Source: Candidatus Falkowbacteria bacterium HGW-Falkowbacteria-2 (GTDB taxonomy: Bacteria > Patescibacteriota > Patescibacteriia > Patescibacteriales > UBA12465). From it: 34,257 nt of DNA. Positions within the stretch are counted from its first letter, which is position 1, and each line of letters begins with the position of its first letter. Made by a program: the position numbers and the translations under genes. Location of the stretch: assembly GCA_002841655.1 (NCBI GenBank), contig PHAH01000001.1, forward strand, positions 1 to 34,257, in the 5' to 3' direction. Shown here piece by piece: positions 23,702 to 33,469 of this stretch. Below the pieces are notes generated by a model. That model saw only the letters and a program-made list of their open reading frames with translations. It did no database searches and was not told the DNA's origin.

Positions 23702-25165
23702 TTAGTTGGAGCTCAGCTTGCCGAGGTCAAGCTCTTCATCCATTCTTATCTGACTAACAAATTCAGGCATATGGCTCACCATAATAATGGCGCCCTCGAA
23801 TTCGTTAATGGCTTTCGCAATAATAGGGATATGACGGAAGTTAATATGGTTTGTCGGTTCATCAAGAATGAGTAGACCTGGCTTCATTAATGCTAGGCGA
23901 GCAAAGGCCAACAATCCTTTCTGCCCTTCTGACAAAGCGGCAACCGGCAGCGCTAAAACCTCGCCAGTTAACAAAAACCCGGCAGCAGTTGAACGCAGCT
24001 CCTGTTCGCCTAAGCCATCCATTAAATCGGCCTCTAATACTTTATAGGCCGTTTTTTCAAATGGCAGGTTCGCAAAGTCTTGACTGTAGTAACCGACTTT
24101 TACTTTCGGGTTTATCGTTAATCCTTCCTGCGTACCGGCGACAAGCGCACGTAATAACGTGCTTTTGCCAATACCGTTAGGACCAGTTACCAGCAGACGG
24201 GTGCGACGGGTCATCACCTTATTGGCCTCAACCAATATCGGTTCATGCTTCTTAATAACACGCACCTTATCAAGACGTACAATTTCGCCAACTAAATCTT
24301 CTTGTTCTTTTATTTCAAAATCTCTAATCGTCTTATCCTCACGGCGAACATCAACCATATTTTCTTCCAGCTCTTCCGTTTCTTCTTTCATCTTTTGAGC
24401 CAACTTACGCATCTTGCCACCCTTATGGGCAAAGAAGTTCACCTTCTCTTTGCGGTCAATAATCTTCTTTTCGAGCTGCGCATTCTTCTTGATTTCACGC
24501 TCAACCCGCCTACTAATTTCTTCCACCACGGAATAATAGTCACCAACATACATTTCGGTCTGATGGGTAAAGACATCAAGATAGATAACACCTTCGGTGA
24601 AACAGTTTAAGAAATCTGCATCATGAGAGATAACAATCACCGTCTTCTCATACATAATTAAGAAACTAAGCAAATGATCAATTCCCTCTTTATCTAAATT
24701 ATTCGTTGGTTCGTCGAGCAAGAGAATGTCGGGGTCCTGAATGAGAGCGTAGGCTAAAAGTATACGGGCCTGTTGTCCACCGGAAAGCTCACCGACGATG
24801 CGATCAAAGGGGGCCTCAAGATTCACGGCTTCCATCACTTTGCTAATGCGGCTACGCAGATTGGCTGGTTTCTCTTTAAAAGCAGACGCAAAATAATCTT
24901 CGAGGGTAAGGGTTAGGTGCTCACGAGCCATTGTCTGATTGGCGGCACCGATACTAGGATTATTGGTTGTCGAAATCTTGCCACTCTTAGGAGCAGTTTC
25001 GCCTTTGATAAGAGAAAAGATGGTACTTTTGCCAGCTCCATTCTGACCCATCAGGGTAATTTTTGAGCCCCGGCGTACGCTAAAGCTGGCCTCTTTGAGG
25101 ACCGGTTTCTTCGCGAGATACTCGAATGTTACCTCATCAAATCTTAAAATCACTTCTTCTGCCAT
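23702..25165 (-). CDS. ABC-F family ATPase (two ABC domains, no TM domain)
   Basis: GQNGAGKST / LSGGQQAR / LLLDEPTN, then a charged linker, then GPNGIGKST / LSEGQKG / LILDEPTN. Confidence 0.85.
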   Translation of the reverse strand: MAEEVILRFDEVTFEYLAKKPVLKEASFSVRRGSKITLMGQNGAGKSTIFSLIKGETAPKSGKISTTNNPSIGAANQTMAREHLTLTLEDYFASAFKEKPANLRSRISKVMEAVNLEAPFDRIVGELSGGQQARILLAYALIQDPDILLLDEPTNNLDKEGIDHLLSFLIMYEKTVIVISHDADFLNCFTEGVIYLDVFTHQTEMYVGDYYSVVEEISRRVEREIKKNAQLEKKIIDRKEKVNFFAHKGGKMRKLAQKMKEETEELEENMVDVRREDKTIRDFEIKEQEDLVGEIVRLDKVRVIKKHEPILVEANKVMTRRTRLLVTGPNGIGKSTLLRALVAGTQEGLTINPKVKVGYYSQDFANLPFEKTAYKVLEADLMDGLGEQELRSTAAGFLLTGEVLALPVAALSEGQKGLLAFARLALMKPGLLILDEPTNHINFRHIPIIAKAINEFEGAIIMVSHMPEFVSQIRMDEELDLGKLSSN

Positions 25166-25238
25166 AACTTATTTAATAATACTTAATAATTTCTCCCATA
25201 GGATAACAAAGTTCTTTAAAAAAAGCCAGTCTCATATC

Positions 25239-25266
25239 AAAAGAAGCGGCCAACAACAACCGCTTC
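25239..25266 (-). terminator. intrinsic terminator of DUF378 gene
   Basis: Minus-strand GAAGCGG / CCGCTTC followed by TTTT. Confidence 0.6.
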
Positions 25267-25296
25267 CCCTTGATGACTACCCCTAGCCAAATTTTC

Positions 25297-25494
25297 TTAT
25301 GTTCGTGATGATCTCGGCGCATCAGCGGCCACCAAGATGGCGCTTAATCCGACGAGGACATAGATGACACGTGTCGCAATGGTCATGCCACCGAAGATAG
25401 CGGCAACTAGATCAAAGCTGAATAATCCCACGAGCCCCCAGTTTAGGCCGCCGATCACGAGCAGCACTAAGGCGATACTGTTTAGCGTTTTCAT
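25297..25494 (-). CDS. DUF378 family small membrane protein
   Basis: 65 aa. IGGLNWGLVGLFSFDLVAAIFGG is typical of DUF378. Confidence 0.75.
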   Translation of the reverse strand: MKTLNSIALVLLVIGGLNWGLVGLFSFDLVAAIFGGMTIATRVIYVLVGLSAILVAADAPRSSRT

Positions 25495-25592
25495 AGATTT
25501 TTGGCCGGCTTTATTTAGAAGCTCGGCGATTAATTATATGTAAATTAGCTAATTGGTCGCGGATCGTCGTCCCAGGTCGGACGCGATCCAAT

Positions 25593-25623
25593 TAAAAAAA
25601 GGCGCCCGCTTTAGCGTTGCGCC
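25593..25623 (-). terminator. intrinsic terminator overlapping the YceI-like stop codon
   Basis: Minus-strand GGCGC (25623-25619) / GCGCC (25605-25601) followed by T8. Confidence 0.6.
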
Positions 25624-26267
25624 GAAATGTCTACTATTAACTGTATTTCATCCTTAATTATCGCATCCCCTAAATCCTTGAAAAACTTATTCGAGGCGTA
25701 TGTCACATCCCAGTTTGTTCGGTCAATCATGAGACTGGTTATGGCTCTAAGCTCGCCGTCAATTTCTCCTAGATATGCATCAAATTCAATTGGATTCGTT
25801 TTATCTTTCACCGTCAAATCGCCCACTATTCGATATAGCCCTTCACTGGTTTCGCCAACAGAGGTAATTACCAGCTTCGCTTCGGGATATTGTTCAACCG
25901 CAAAGAAATCCTTGCTCTTCAAATGATTCTCCAACATCTCAATATTATCATCCGTTTCGATGGTGCGCATGTCAGCTATGAATTCGCCGCTACTTAAACG
26001 CCCGTCAGTTATCTCTAGTCGACCGCTGTTAAAGCGAACCGTGCCATCATGAGCACTGCCGATTAACTTCTCTCCATGCCAAACAATCACTGACGAAGTC
26101 GTATTCATAAAATACGTACCGTCCGCCGGCATCACGGCGCCTTCCAGCTCCGTCGCCGGCAAGGCGCCATTATCTGGAGACTGATAATTGGTATTGCGCC
26201 CGGTAGTGCAAGCACCCAAAGATATCAGTCCAACTCCCAATATTATTATAACGAGATATTGTCTCAT
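25611..26267 (-). CDS. YceI-like lipoprotein
   Basis: ATG at 26267 gives MRQYLVIIILGVGLISLGAC, a lipobox. YceI-type motifs follow (...LENHLKSKDFFAVEQYPEAKL..., GDLTVKDKTNPIEF). The track start at 26324 adds 19 aa. Confidence 0.75.
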   Translation of the reverse strand: MRQYLVIIILGVGLISLGACTTGRNTNYQSPDNGALPATELEGAVMPADGTYFMNTTSSVIVWHGEKLIGSAHDGTVRFNSGRLEITDGRLSSGEFIADMRTIETDDNIEMLENHLKSKDFFAVEQYPEAKLVITSVGETSEGLYRIVGDLTVKDKTNPIEFDAYLGEIDGELRAITSLMIDRTNWDVTYASNKFFKDLGDAIIKDEIQLIVDISAQR

Positions 26268-26374
26268 ACGAGCATCGAAATTATTAAGCCCGTATATTAT
26301 AGCATCATACGGATATTGACGCAAGTATGCTCTATAAGGTATAATACAGTAATTAAAGTAACTATTAGAATTAT

Positions 26375-26725
26375 ATGGACAAGATGAACAAATTCAAGTG
26401 CCACGGCGCTGTCCAGTCCACCCTTGCCGCTATTGGCGGTAAGTGGAAAATTCTCATTCTCTGGCATCTCCTCGAAAAAAAGATGCGCTTCAACGAGTTG
26501 CAAAAAAGCCTTAAAACCATCTCTCAAAAGATGTTGGCTAATGAACTGCGCTCCTTGGAAGCTAATGGCCTCGTGCATCGTGAGGTCTTCCGACAGGTAC
26601 CGCCAAAGGTGGAGTACTGGGCGACGACATATGGCGAAACCTTGAAGCCACTGCTAACGGCGATGGCTGACTGGGGCTACGCTCATAAGACTAAGAAGCC
26701 GAAAATGAGAAAGGCCTTAAAATAA
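26375..26725 (+). CDS. HxlR family transcriptional regulator
   Basis: C..VQSTLAAIGGKWKILILWHL...MRFNELQKSL..ISQKMLANELRSLEANGLVHR is a winged-HTH of HxlR type. Confidence 0.85.
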   Translation: MDKMNKFKCHGAVQSTLAAIGGKWKILILWHLLEKKMRFNELQKSLKTISQKMLANELRSLEANGLVHREVFRQVPPKVEYWATTYGETLKPLLTAMADWGYAHKTKKPKMRKALK

Positions 26726-26734
26726 TACGACCCT

Positions 26735-27307
26735 ATGTCAAAATACTTAATCATCTATGCCAACCCGCGGCATGAGGGCCATTCAGGCTATCTCTTGCAA
26801 CAAGTTGAAAGCCGTTTAGCGGCACGTGGCGCCGATTTTGAGGTCATCGATCTCTATCGCATCGGTTATGACCCTATTCTAAAACCAACTGAATTATATA
26901 GTGCCCCTAATCGCGTAATTGATCCGCAAAATATTGAGTTTCAAAAAAAGATAAAGGCCGCTACCTCCCTGCTCTTTATTTATCCGACTTGGTGGCAAGC
27001 GCCACCGGCTATTTTGAAAGGATTCATTGATCGTGTCTTCACTAGTGGCTTCGCCTTCACCTACGTCAACGGCCTGCCTATTGGCCTACTCAAAGACAAG
27101 AAAGCGGCTGCCTTCACTACCAGCGGTAGCCCCGCCTTCTTCCACTTCATTACCGGCAATCCCGCTCTTAAAGTTCTACTCAAATACACGTTAGCCTTCT
27201 GCGGAATGCGGACTAAGGGCTTCTCCCTAGGACGCGCCCTCCATCTTAACGAAAACGGCCATGAGCTTGAACTGACGGCTGACCGCATCGTTGAATATAT
27301 AATGTAA
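26735..27307 (+). CDS. NAD(P)H dehydrogenase (quinone)/flavodoxin-like fold oxidoreductase
   Basis: LIIYANPRHEGHSG and IYPTWWQAPPAILKGFIDRVF match the Flavodoxin_2 family. Pairing with HxlR is a common arrangement. Confidence 0.8.
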   Translation: MSKYLIIYANPRHEGHSGYLLQQVESRLAARGADFEVIDLYRIGYDPILKPTELYSAPNRVIDPQNIEFQKKIKAATSLLFIYPTWWQAPPAILKGFIDRVFTSGFAFTYVNGLPIGLLKDKKAAAFTTSGSPAFFHFITGNPALKVLLKYTLAFCGMRTKGFSLGRALHLNENGHELELTADRIVEYIM

Positions 27308-27316
27308 GCTTTATAT

Positions 27317-27347
27317 AAAAACAGACCCTTCCTGGGTCTGTTTTTTA
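27317..27347. terminator. bidirectional intrinsic terminator
   Basis: ACAGACCC (27321-27328) / GGGTCTGT (27334-27341) followed by T-run. Confidence 0.75.
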
Positions 27348-27375
27348 TTGTATTCTCTATATTATTCTCTCCAAT

Positions 27376-29937
27376 CTATTTCACACTAACCAGTGGTTGA
27401 AGCAAAATATCAGCATCCTTCTTTTTATTTGAGCGGTAGTATATTAGCTTGAATGCTTCAGTGCTAGCCAGATAGAGGGCGCAGATGCCGAGTATCCAGA
27501 CAATGTATATCGGCTTAGGCGCGACGAAATGGAAGTATTTAGCACCAAAGGCTGTGAACGGGATGATGACAGCCAAAGCCGCCGCGGGCAAGGTAAGCCA
27601 AAGCAGAGCTTTACCTGGACGGCGAGCGAAGAGGAAGAAACGACGACTCCGAATAGAGAAGATGAAGACTAGTTCTGTTAGAACACTAGCGATGAACCAG
27701 TTTGTCTGCAATATCGACGGCGAGATACGACTGAAGATAGCAAAAGACATGAAGTCAAAGATGGTGCTAATAACACCTAAAGCTAAGGCGGCAATAATTA
27801 TTTCCCTGGTATCGTAGCGCTTCGGTGTTTTTAGCTCCTCATCATCCACCCTGTCACCCGCAATAGCAATCATGGGAAAGTCGGAAAGAAGATTGAGAAG
27901 CAAGATTTGTAAGGGCAACATTGGGAGATATGGAATTAGCAGAGAGGCAATCGCCACAGCATAGAAGTTGCCAAAATTCGAAGCCAGCGTAGCTTTAATA
28001 TACTTAATACTATTAGCAAATATCGCTCGGCCCTCGCGAATACCATCGATAATAATATTTAAATCGTTTTCAAGCAAAATAATATCAGCAGCTTCGCGGG
28101 CAATGTCAGATGCATTATCAACCGCCAAAGAAACCCCGGCTGCTTTCAGTGCCGGCGCATCATTAATACCATCTCCCAGATACCCGACACTATACTTCTC
28201 TTGCAGTCGTTTAATTATTTCATGCTTCTCGTCGGGTGCGACCCGAGCGAAGATGTTATATTGCTCTAGTGCCTTATCCTTTTCCTCGTCGCTTAAAGTT
28301 GAAAATACCGAAGCGAGCATCACCTCGCTTGGACGCGCACAAAGGCCAACTTCTACGCCCACTGCGCCAGCCACCTCCGCACTATCACCGGTAATAATCT
28401 TAATCTTTATCCCTAGTTCTGCCGCATGAGCTACCGCCGATATTGTACTCGCTTTTACTGGATCAGAAAAAGAGATAAGTCCTATGAAGTTCATTTTTTT
28501 CTCTTGCTCCCGGAAGCGACTCCCAAAATCGTCAAAATGTAATTTACTTATTCTTTTAGAGGCGACAGCTAATACACGCCTGCCCAAAGCGCCCTGCTTA
28601 CGCGCCCAGTCTTCAATCTTCTTAGTATCAGCGACAGTACACATTGGTAATATCACTTCCAATGCTCCACGTACGACGAATACCGCCTTCTTATCCTTCT
28701 CCGCTAATACATTATTACGCAGAAACTTCGGATCAAAGGGTGATTCAAATAACACCTTGTAATCACTTAACCAATTTTGCCCACTCTTGCCCGCCGCCAA
28801 GCGAATCGCCTGATCGAAAGGGTCGTCGTTTTCCACATCGGGTCCAGAAGCTAATAGGCTAAGAAGTAGCGTCTCTTCCTCGCCTTGCGGCGTCAAAGCA
28901 AAGCGATCAGCGACTCTCAACTTGTTTTCAGTGAGCGTGCCCGTCTTATCAGAACAAAGGATTTCAATATTACCCAGATCCTCAACCGCCGACAAGCGTT
29001 TCACAACAACTTTACGCTTAGCTAAATTCGCCGCTCCTTTTGAAAATGAAAAGGTCATTACCAACGGTAAAGCTTCGGGGATAACACCAATGGCAAGAGC
29101 GATACCGAATAATAATAGTTCGGTCCAGTTGAGACTACCGCCCTTAATAACAAAGTTTAATAGCAAAATAAAAGCGAGTGTCACCAACACCAACTTCATG
29201 ATAAAGGAGGAAAACTTGCTAATCCCCACCTGAAAATTACTTATCCTTTTGGTTGAGGACGTAAGACTCGCTATCCGCCCGAATTCTGTATGCTTGCCGG
29301 TAACAGTCACCATCGCCAAGGCCCGACCCGAAACAACAGCGGTCCCTGCAAACACCATATTACTCGCTGCCGAAATATTCTTGTCAGCTGACGGTAAACG
29401 CTCGGCTTGCTTATATACCGCTTCTGATTCCCCGGTTAAGGCTGATTCGTCCACACTAAAATTATGAACCGAAAGGATTCGGGCATCCGCCCCAATCTTA
29501 TCGCCAGTTTCAAGCACGACAACATCGCCAGAGACTAGCTCATCCATTGGAATATTCTGCTCCCGCCCACTGCGTATCACTTTCGAGCGCCAAGAGATGA
29601 GTTTTGAAAGCATGCCGGCTGTTTTTTCTGACCGATATTCTTGAAAAAAGCCAAGCGCGGTATTGATAGCGATAAAGAGGAAAATCATTATCCCTTCAGA
29701 GTAATTAGTAAGGGCGGCTGACAAAATGGCTGCCGCGAGCAACATATAGATGAAGGGGGACTTAAGCTGCCTGATCATAATCTGCCAGGCGCTAGCACGC
29801 GACACGCTAATAATATTGCGGCCCCCAGTTTGCAATCTATTCTGAGCATCTTCGGTACTAAGTCCAGTTTCACAGCTACTAGCTTTTTGCTTACACAAAT
29901 CTAACACATCTAGGGTCGCGTATTCTTGCCATGCCAT
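27376..29937 (-). CDS. cation-transporting P-type ATPase (P2/P3, MgtA- or Ca-ATPase-like)
   Basis: TGES, DKTGTLT and GDGINDAPALK motifs, with 10 predicted TM segments. Ion specificity cannot be determined by eye. Confidence 0.85.
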   Translation of the reverse strand: MAWQEYATLDVLDLCKQKASSCETGLSTEDAQNRLQTGGRNIISVSRASAWQIMIRQLKSPFIYMLLAAAILSAALTNYSEGIMIFLFIAINTALGFFQEYRSEKTAGMLSKLISWRSKVIRSGREQNIPMDELVSGDVVVLETGDKIGADARILSVHNFSVDESALTGESEAVYKQAERLPSADKNISAASNMVFAGTAVVSGRALAMVTVTGKHTEFGRIASLTSSTKRISNFQVGISKFSSFIMKLVLVTLAFILLLNFVIKGGSLNWTELLLFGIALAIGVIPEALPLVMTFSFSKGAANLAKRKVVVKRLSAVEDLGNIEILCSDKTGTLTENKLRVADRFALTPQGEEETLLLSLLASGPDVENDDPFDQAIRLAAGKSGQNWLSDYKVLFESPFDPKFLRNNVLAEKDKKAVFVVRGALEVILPMCTVADTKKIEDWARKQGALGRRVLAVASKRISKLHFDDFGSRFREQEKKMNFIGLISFSDPVKASTISAVAHAAELGIKIKIITGDSAEVAGAVGVEVGLCARPSEVMLASVFSTLSDEEKDKALEQYNIFARVAPDEKHEIIKRLQEKYSVGYLGDGINDAPALKAAGVSLAVDNASDIAREAADIILLENDLNIIIDGIREGRAIFANSIKYIKATLASNFGNFYAVAIASLLIPYLPMLPLQILLLNLLSDFPMIAIAGDRVDDEELKTPKRYDTREIIIAALALGVISTIFDFMSFAIFSRISPSILQTNWFIASVLTELVFIFSIRSRRFFLFARRPGKALLWLTLPAAALAVIIPFTAFGAKYFHFVAPKPIYIVWILGICALYLASTEAFKLIYYRSNKKKDADILLQPLVSVK

Positions 29938-29991
29938 AATTTTAGTTTAATAATATACCTTTATATTACCGTGTTTAAATCTTCTTGGCAA

Positions 29992-30022
29992 AACAAAAAC
30001 GCCCCGTCTAAATGGCGGGGCG
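29992..30022 (-). terminator. intrinsic terminator of SIMPL gene
   Basis: Minus-strand CGCCCCG / CGGGGCG followed by TTTTTG. Confidence 0.7.
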
Positions 30023-30035
30023 CTTATTATATTTT

Positions 30036-30773
30036 TTATTTTACTTCGTAGACAAGAGTCACTTCCACTCTGATTTCATTCTGCCCAGTCTGAATGCTTG
30101 GCGCCTCAATACTTTTCGCCTGATCAGCCGCCATCTCTAAACGAGCGTTAGCATACACTGGAGTTGGCATTGGCACATCAAAGCTCTCATAAACGCTCTT
30201 GACCTTGCCCAACTCAAGTCCAGCCTGAGATGCAATGAGCTCGGCTTTTTCTTTAGCCTTCTCAATTGCCAATTCTCTGGCTTGATTCTTTAATTCAAAT
30301 TCGTCATCAATGGTGAAATTTACATTATCAATCTGATTTGCGCCTTGTTCAGTGGTTTTAGCGATGACATCACCGATCTTAGCTAAGTCACGAACTTTAA
30401 TGCTGACGTTCTGAGAAATTTCATAGCCCATTAAGACTTGCCCGCGGTTCTCCATCCAATTATACACTGGTCTGAGGGAGTAGTCGGCAGTCTTTATATC
30501 CTTCTCTTCAATGCCGAGGTCAGTTAGACTCTTGATAATGGCGTTCATCTTGTTAGTACTGTCTGCAGTTGCTTCCGCTGCCGTCCTCTTTGGCTCAGTC
30601 TTTAAGCCCACGGTAATATTGGCAATATCAGCCTTAGCGTAAACAACCCCCGAGCCGCTCACTGAGAAACGGTCCTGGTTGTCACTTTTCTTTTCTAGAG
30701 CCATTGAAACAATGGCAACAGCAGCTACGGCCAGAATGCCGAGAGCGGCTAAGATAACTTGTCCTTTTTTCAT
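30036..30773 (-). CDS. SIMPL (DUF541/BP26-like) domain protein
   Basis: N-terminal anchor, then VSGSGVVYAKADIANITVGL and GYEISQNVSIKVRDL, typical of the SIMPL family. Confidence 0.75.
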   Translation of the reverse strand: MKKGQVILAALGILAVAAVAIVSMALEKKSDNQDRFSVSGSGVVYAKADIANITVGLKTEPKRTAAEATADSTNKMNAIIKSLTDLGIEEKDIKTADYSLRPVYNWMENRGQVLMGYEISQNVSIKVRDLAKIGDVIAKTTEQGANQIDNVNFTIDDEFELKNQARELAIEKAKEKAELIASQAGLELGKVKSVYESFDVPMPTPVYANARLEMAADQAKSIEAPSIQTGQNEIRVEVTLVYEVK

Positions 30774-30838
30774 AAGGTTATAAAAAATTAGTAATTATTC
30801 ATCTTTAATAACAACGTCTTAGTATAAGAAAGGTAACA

Positions 30839-32227
30839 CTAGAACAACTGAGCCTTTACCACGATGGCACTAAATACTGCGAAAAAAGCAATGATTGTAT
30901 AGATAATTACCCGTCGCCAAGCTTTAGGACGGAATTCCTTTGCCAAGGCACGTCGATTTAAAATGGTGACTAGAATAATATGGATAAGCATCGCGAAGGC
31001 ATTGATAACGGCGCCAAGCACAATCAGCGTTTTAGGCTCATAGAAATTGAAAAGGAACAGGGTGACACCAAAGAGAATCTGTGACCAGATAAAGATGTAG
31101 TATAGACGTGACAGCTTAATCTTATTATTCTTAGTTTTTCGCAACTGAATAATGGCGGCATTTTCCGACATAATACGACTGGTTGAATCCATGATGCCTA
31201 ATTGAGTCTGAAATAGCATCACGCCCACCACCAATAAGAAGATGGAGCCGATGAAAGGGTTTATCAAAGAGGATATCTGCACACCCTCGCTAATCACGAA
31301 ATTTATCCCCTGAGCATTGCCAGCTAGGCCAAAGACGGTGTTATAGGCGAGGAACATCAGCATTATCATCGAAATACTGCCAATAAACCAGAAGACAAGT
31401 AGGTGCTCCCAGTTAATTAGCCGCCACCAGTGCTTAAAGCGACTAACATTTTCCGCGGTAACCGCAAATGATTCGCCCTCCAGCTTGATAGCGGGCACTT
31501 TGCCTTTGTGAGCAAAAAGACCGGTTATTTTCTGAGAATAGTGACCCATGCCATAACCTTTTTCTTTAATATAAATAGATTGCGTTAAATTTAGATTTCC
31601 ACCAGCACCGGAGTAAGCAAAAGCGCCGAGAAAAGTGGCGATAGCAATACCTGGCGCTAAAAACCAAAAGCCTTCACCGCGACCAATGAGCCCAGAAGCG
31701 AGCACGGGCCAACTATCAGGCGCGCTCAGATAGACTGCCAACACAAAGATAAAAGGGACGCCAATAAAAATGACGGCTTTTGTGATTGTTTCCATTAAAC
31801 TGTAGATCACTCGTCCAAACGTCAGAATAAAGCCGATGAGGAGCAACAAACCAATTGCCAACCATTTAAAATCCTCCATTCCGAAGACAAAAGCTAACAC
31901 TTGCGCAGAGGCGGCCACGATACCGGGTAAACCAAAGCCAATGAAGGTGGAGAGGATGAACCAATACCCAGCTCGGGGTAAAAAGCGGGCAATACCGACA
32001 AACACACTCTCCCCTTTGACAAGAGCGTAACGCTCTATTTCCATGTTAATGAAGAACTGAAAGGTAATACCAAGCACAGCACCCCAAGCGACGCCAAGAC
32101 CATAGTTAGAAACGAGATAGGGCCAGAGAATGATTTCGCCCGATCCTAAGCCCAAAGCTAGAATTATAAAACTCGGTCCCAACATTTGTTTTAAACGTAG
32201 GGGTAAAGGGAACTTTTTTAAAGCCAT
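30839..32227 (-). CDS. Nramp-superfamily-like transporter, divergent
   Basis: ATG at 32227 (MALKKFPLPLRLKQMLGPSFIILALGLGSGEIILWP...). About 11 TM segments. The N-terminal LGP.F segment aligns to Nramp TM1, but the canonical DPGN is replaced by GSGE. Confidence 0.55.
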   Translation of the reverse strand: MALKKFPLPLRLKQMLGPSFIILALGLGSGEIILWPYLVSNYGLGVAWGAVLGITFQFFINMEIERYALVKGESVFVGIARFLPRAGYWFILSTFIGFGLPGIVAASAQVLAFVFGMEDFKWLAIGLLLLIGFILTFGRVIYSLMETITKAVIFIGVPFIFVLAVYLSAPDSWPVLASGLIGRGEGFWFLAPGIAIATFLGAFAYSGAGGNLNLTQSIYIKEKGYGMGHYSQKITGLFAHKGKVPAIKLEGESFAVTAENVSRFKHWWRLINWEHLLVFWFIGSISMIMLMFLAYNTVFGLAGNAQGINFVISEGVQISSLINPFIGSIFLLVVGVMLFQTQLGIMDSTSRIMSENAAIIQLRKTKNNKIKLSRLYYIFIWSQILFGVTLFLFNFYEPKTLIVLGAVINAFAMLIHIILVTILNRRALAKEFRPKAWRRVIIYTIIAFFAVFSAIVVKAQLF

Positions 32228-32329
32228 GTTGATATAATTAATTACAATTAATTTTATTATACCAGCTGAAGACAAATAATTAAAATAAAAAAGGTCCAAG
32301 AAATATCCAGGACCTTTACGCATAGCTGC

Positions 32330-32857
32330 CTAACCAACAGCATAACTTGCTTTATTGAAACTAATTGATACAGATATCATCTTATGCTCACTAATTTTTT
32401 TAGCGATATCTACATAGACGATTATCTCAGGAGATATACCACGAAATAACATTGGAGGACGATATCTAATCTCCTCTAGAATATCCTGACCATGTTTGGT
32501 CAAGGAGTAGGTGGGCCAGCTAGTACTAAACAAGGAAACGCGCTGGCGTGTAAGACATCCTTGTTTCGATAAATCCTCAAGAAATGAGTAGTTTTCAATC
32601 GCATCTATTAAGCCATGCGATGAAGGGTAGGCGATGGCATTTAAAACGAGAAATTCATATCCTTTTAAAAAAGGTTGGAATTTTTCGTGTCCTTTTACTG
32701 CTACAAGAGTTTTTTGATGTATTTGTACCAAGCCTGCAGCATAAAGGTATTCAATTACCAACGCAACAGCATAGGTAATGTCCCATTCTGTTTTTTTCCA
32801 GTAGTGAAATAAATAGTATTTCTCCACCGGGCGTAAACTCTTTTGTTTTTCGGGCAT
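32330..32857 (-). CDS. hypothetical protein
   Basis: The ORF track gives 32330..32953 from a TTG only 42 bp from the divergent mscL start. The first ATG is at 32857 (MPEKQKSLRP...). No motif recognised. Confidence 0.5.
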   Translation of the reverse strand: MPEKQKSLRPVEKYYLFHYWKKTEWDITYAVALVIEYLYAAGLVQIHQKTLVAVKGHEKFQPFLKGYEFLVLNAIAYPSSHGLIDAIENYSFLEDLSKQGCLTRQRVSLFSTSWPTYSLTKHGQDILEEIRYRPPMLFRGISPEIIVYVDIAKKISEHKMISVSISFNKASYAVG

Positions 32858-32995
32858 CGGGTGTTGAGTTTTAGTGAACTTTAAATTTGAGATTAGTTCG
32901 ATTATTATATCAATATTTGTCAAACCAGTCAATATAATTCCCTTTAATTTCAACTATTCCTGTGATATACTTTTTATATATAATATTTAAGCTAT

Positions 32996-33430
32996 ATGAA
33001 ATTTATTAAAGAATTCAAAAAATTTGCGCTGAAAGGCAATGTCATTGACCTCGCCGTCGCCGTTATTATCGGTGGTGCCTTCGGCAAAATAGTCTCTTCC
33101 CTGGTAGCTGACATCGTTATGCCCCTGATTGGGCTGATAATGGGTGGCGTTGACTTCACTGACTGGCACGTCACGCTACGCCCAGAAATCAGAAATACCT
33201 CCGATGAGGTTGCTGAGCAAGCCCTGACCATGAATACGGGAATATTTTTGCAAAACATTGTTGACTTCGTGATTATCGCCCTCTCTATCTTCGTTGCTCT
33301 GAGGGTATTAATAAGAATAAAGAATCGTTTCGCCAAAAAAGAGGAAGAAGAAGCTGCGCCGCCATCAGAACCCAGCACACAAGAAAAACTATTGATGGAG
33401 ATAAGGGACTTGTTAAAAGAAAAACAGTAA
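32996..33430 (+). CDS. mscL: large-conductance mechanosensitive channel MscL
   Basis: [46 protein letters not shown] is a near-textbook MscL N-terminus. Confidence 0.9.
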   Translation: MKFIKEFKKFALKGNVIDLAVAVIIGGAFGKIVSSLVADIVMPLIGLIMGGVDFTDWHVTLRPEIRNTSDEVAEQALTMNTGIFLQNIVDFVIIALSIFVALRVLIRIKNRFAKKEEEEAAPPSEPSTQEKLLMEIRDLLKEKQ

Positions 33431-33431
33431 C

Positions 33432-33465
33432 AAAAAAGAGGCCCTCGATAGAGAGCCTCTTTTAT
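33432..33465. terminator. bidirectional intrinsic terminator
   Basis: AAGAGGC (33436-33442) / GCCTCTT (33455-33461) with an A6 run before and a T-run after. Confidence 0.7.
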
Positions 33466-33469
33466 CTTA

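Noticed and set aside
26297-26578. 93-aa minus-strand ORF and 73-aa plus-strand ORF (26424..26645) overlapping the HxlR gene.
   Set aside because: The HxlR frame carries the diagnostic winged-HTH sequence, and the others are out-of-frame or antisense by-products.
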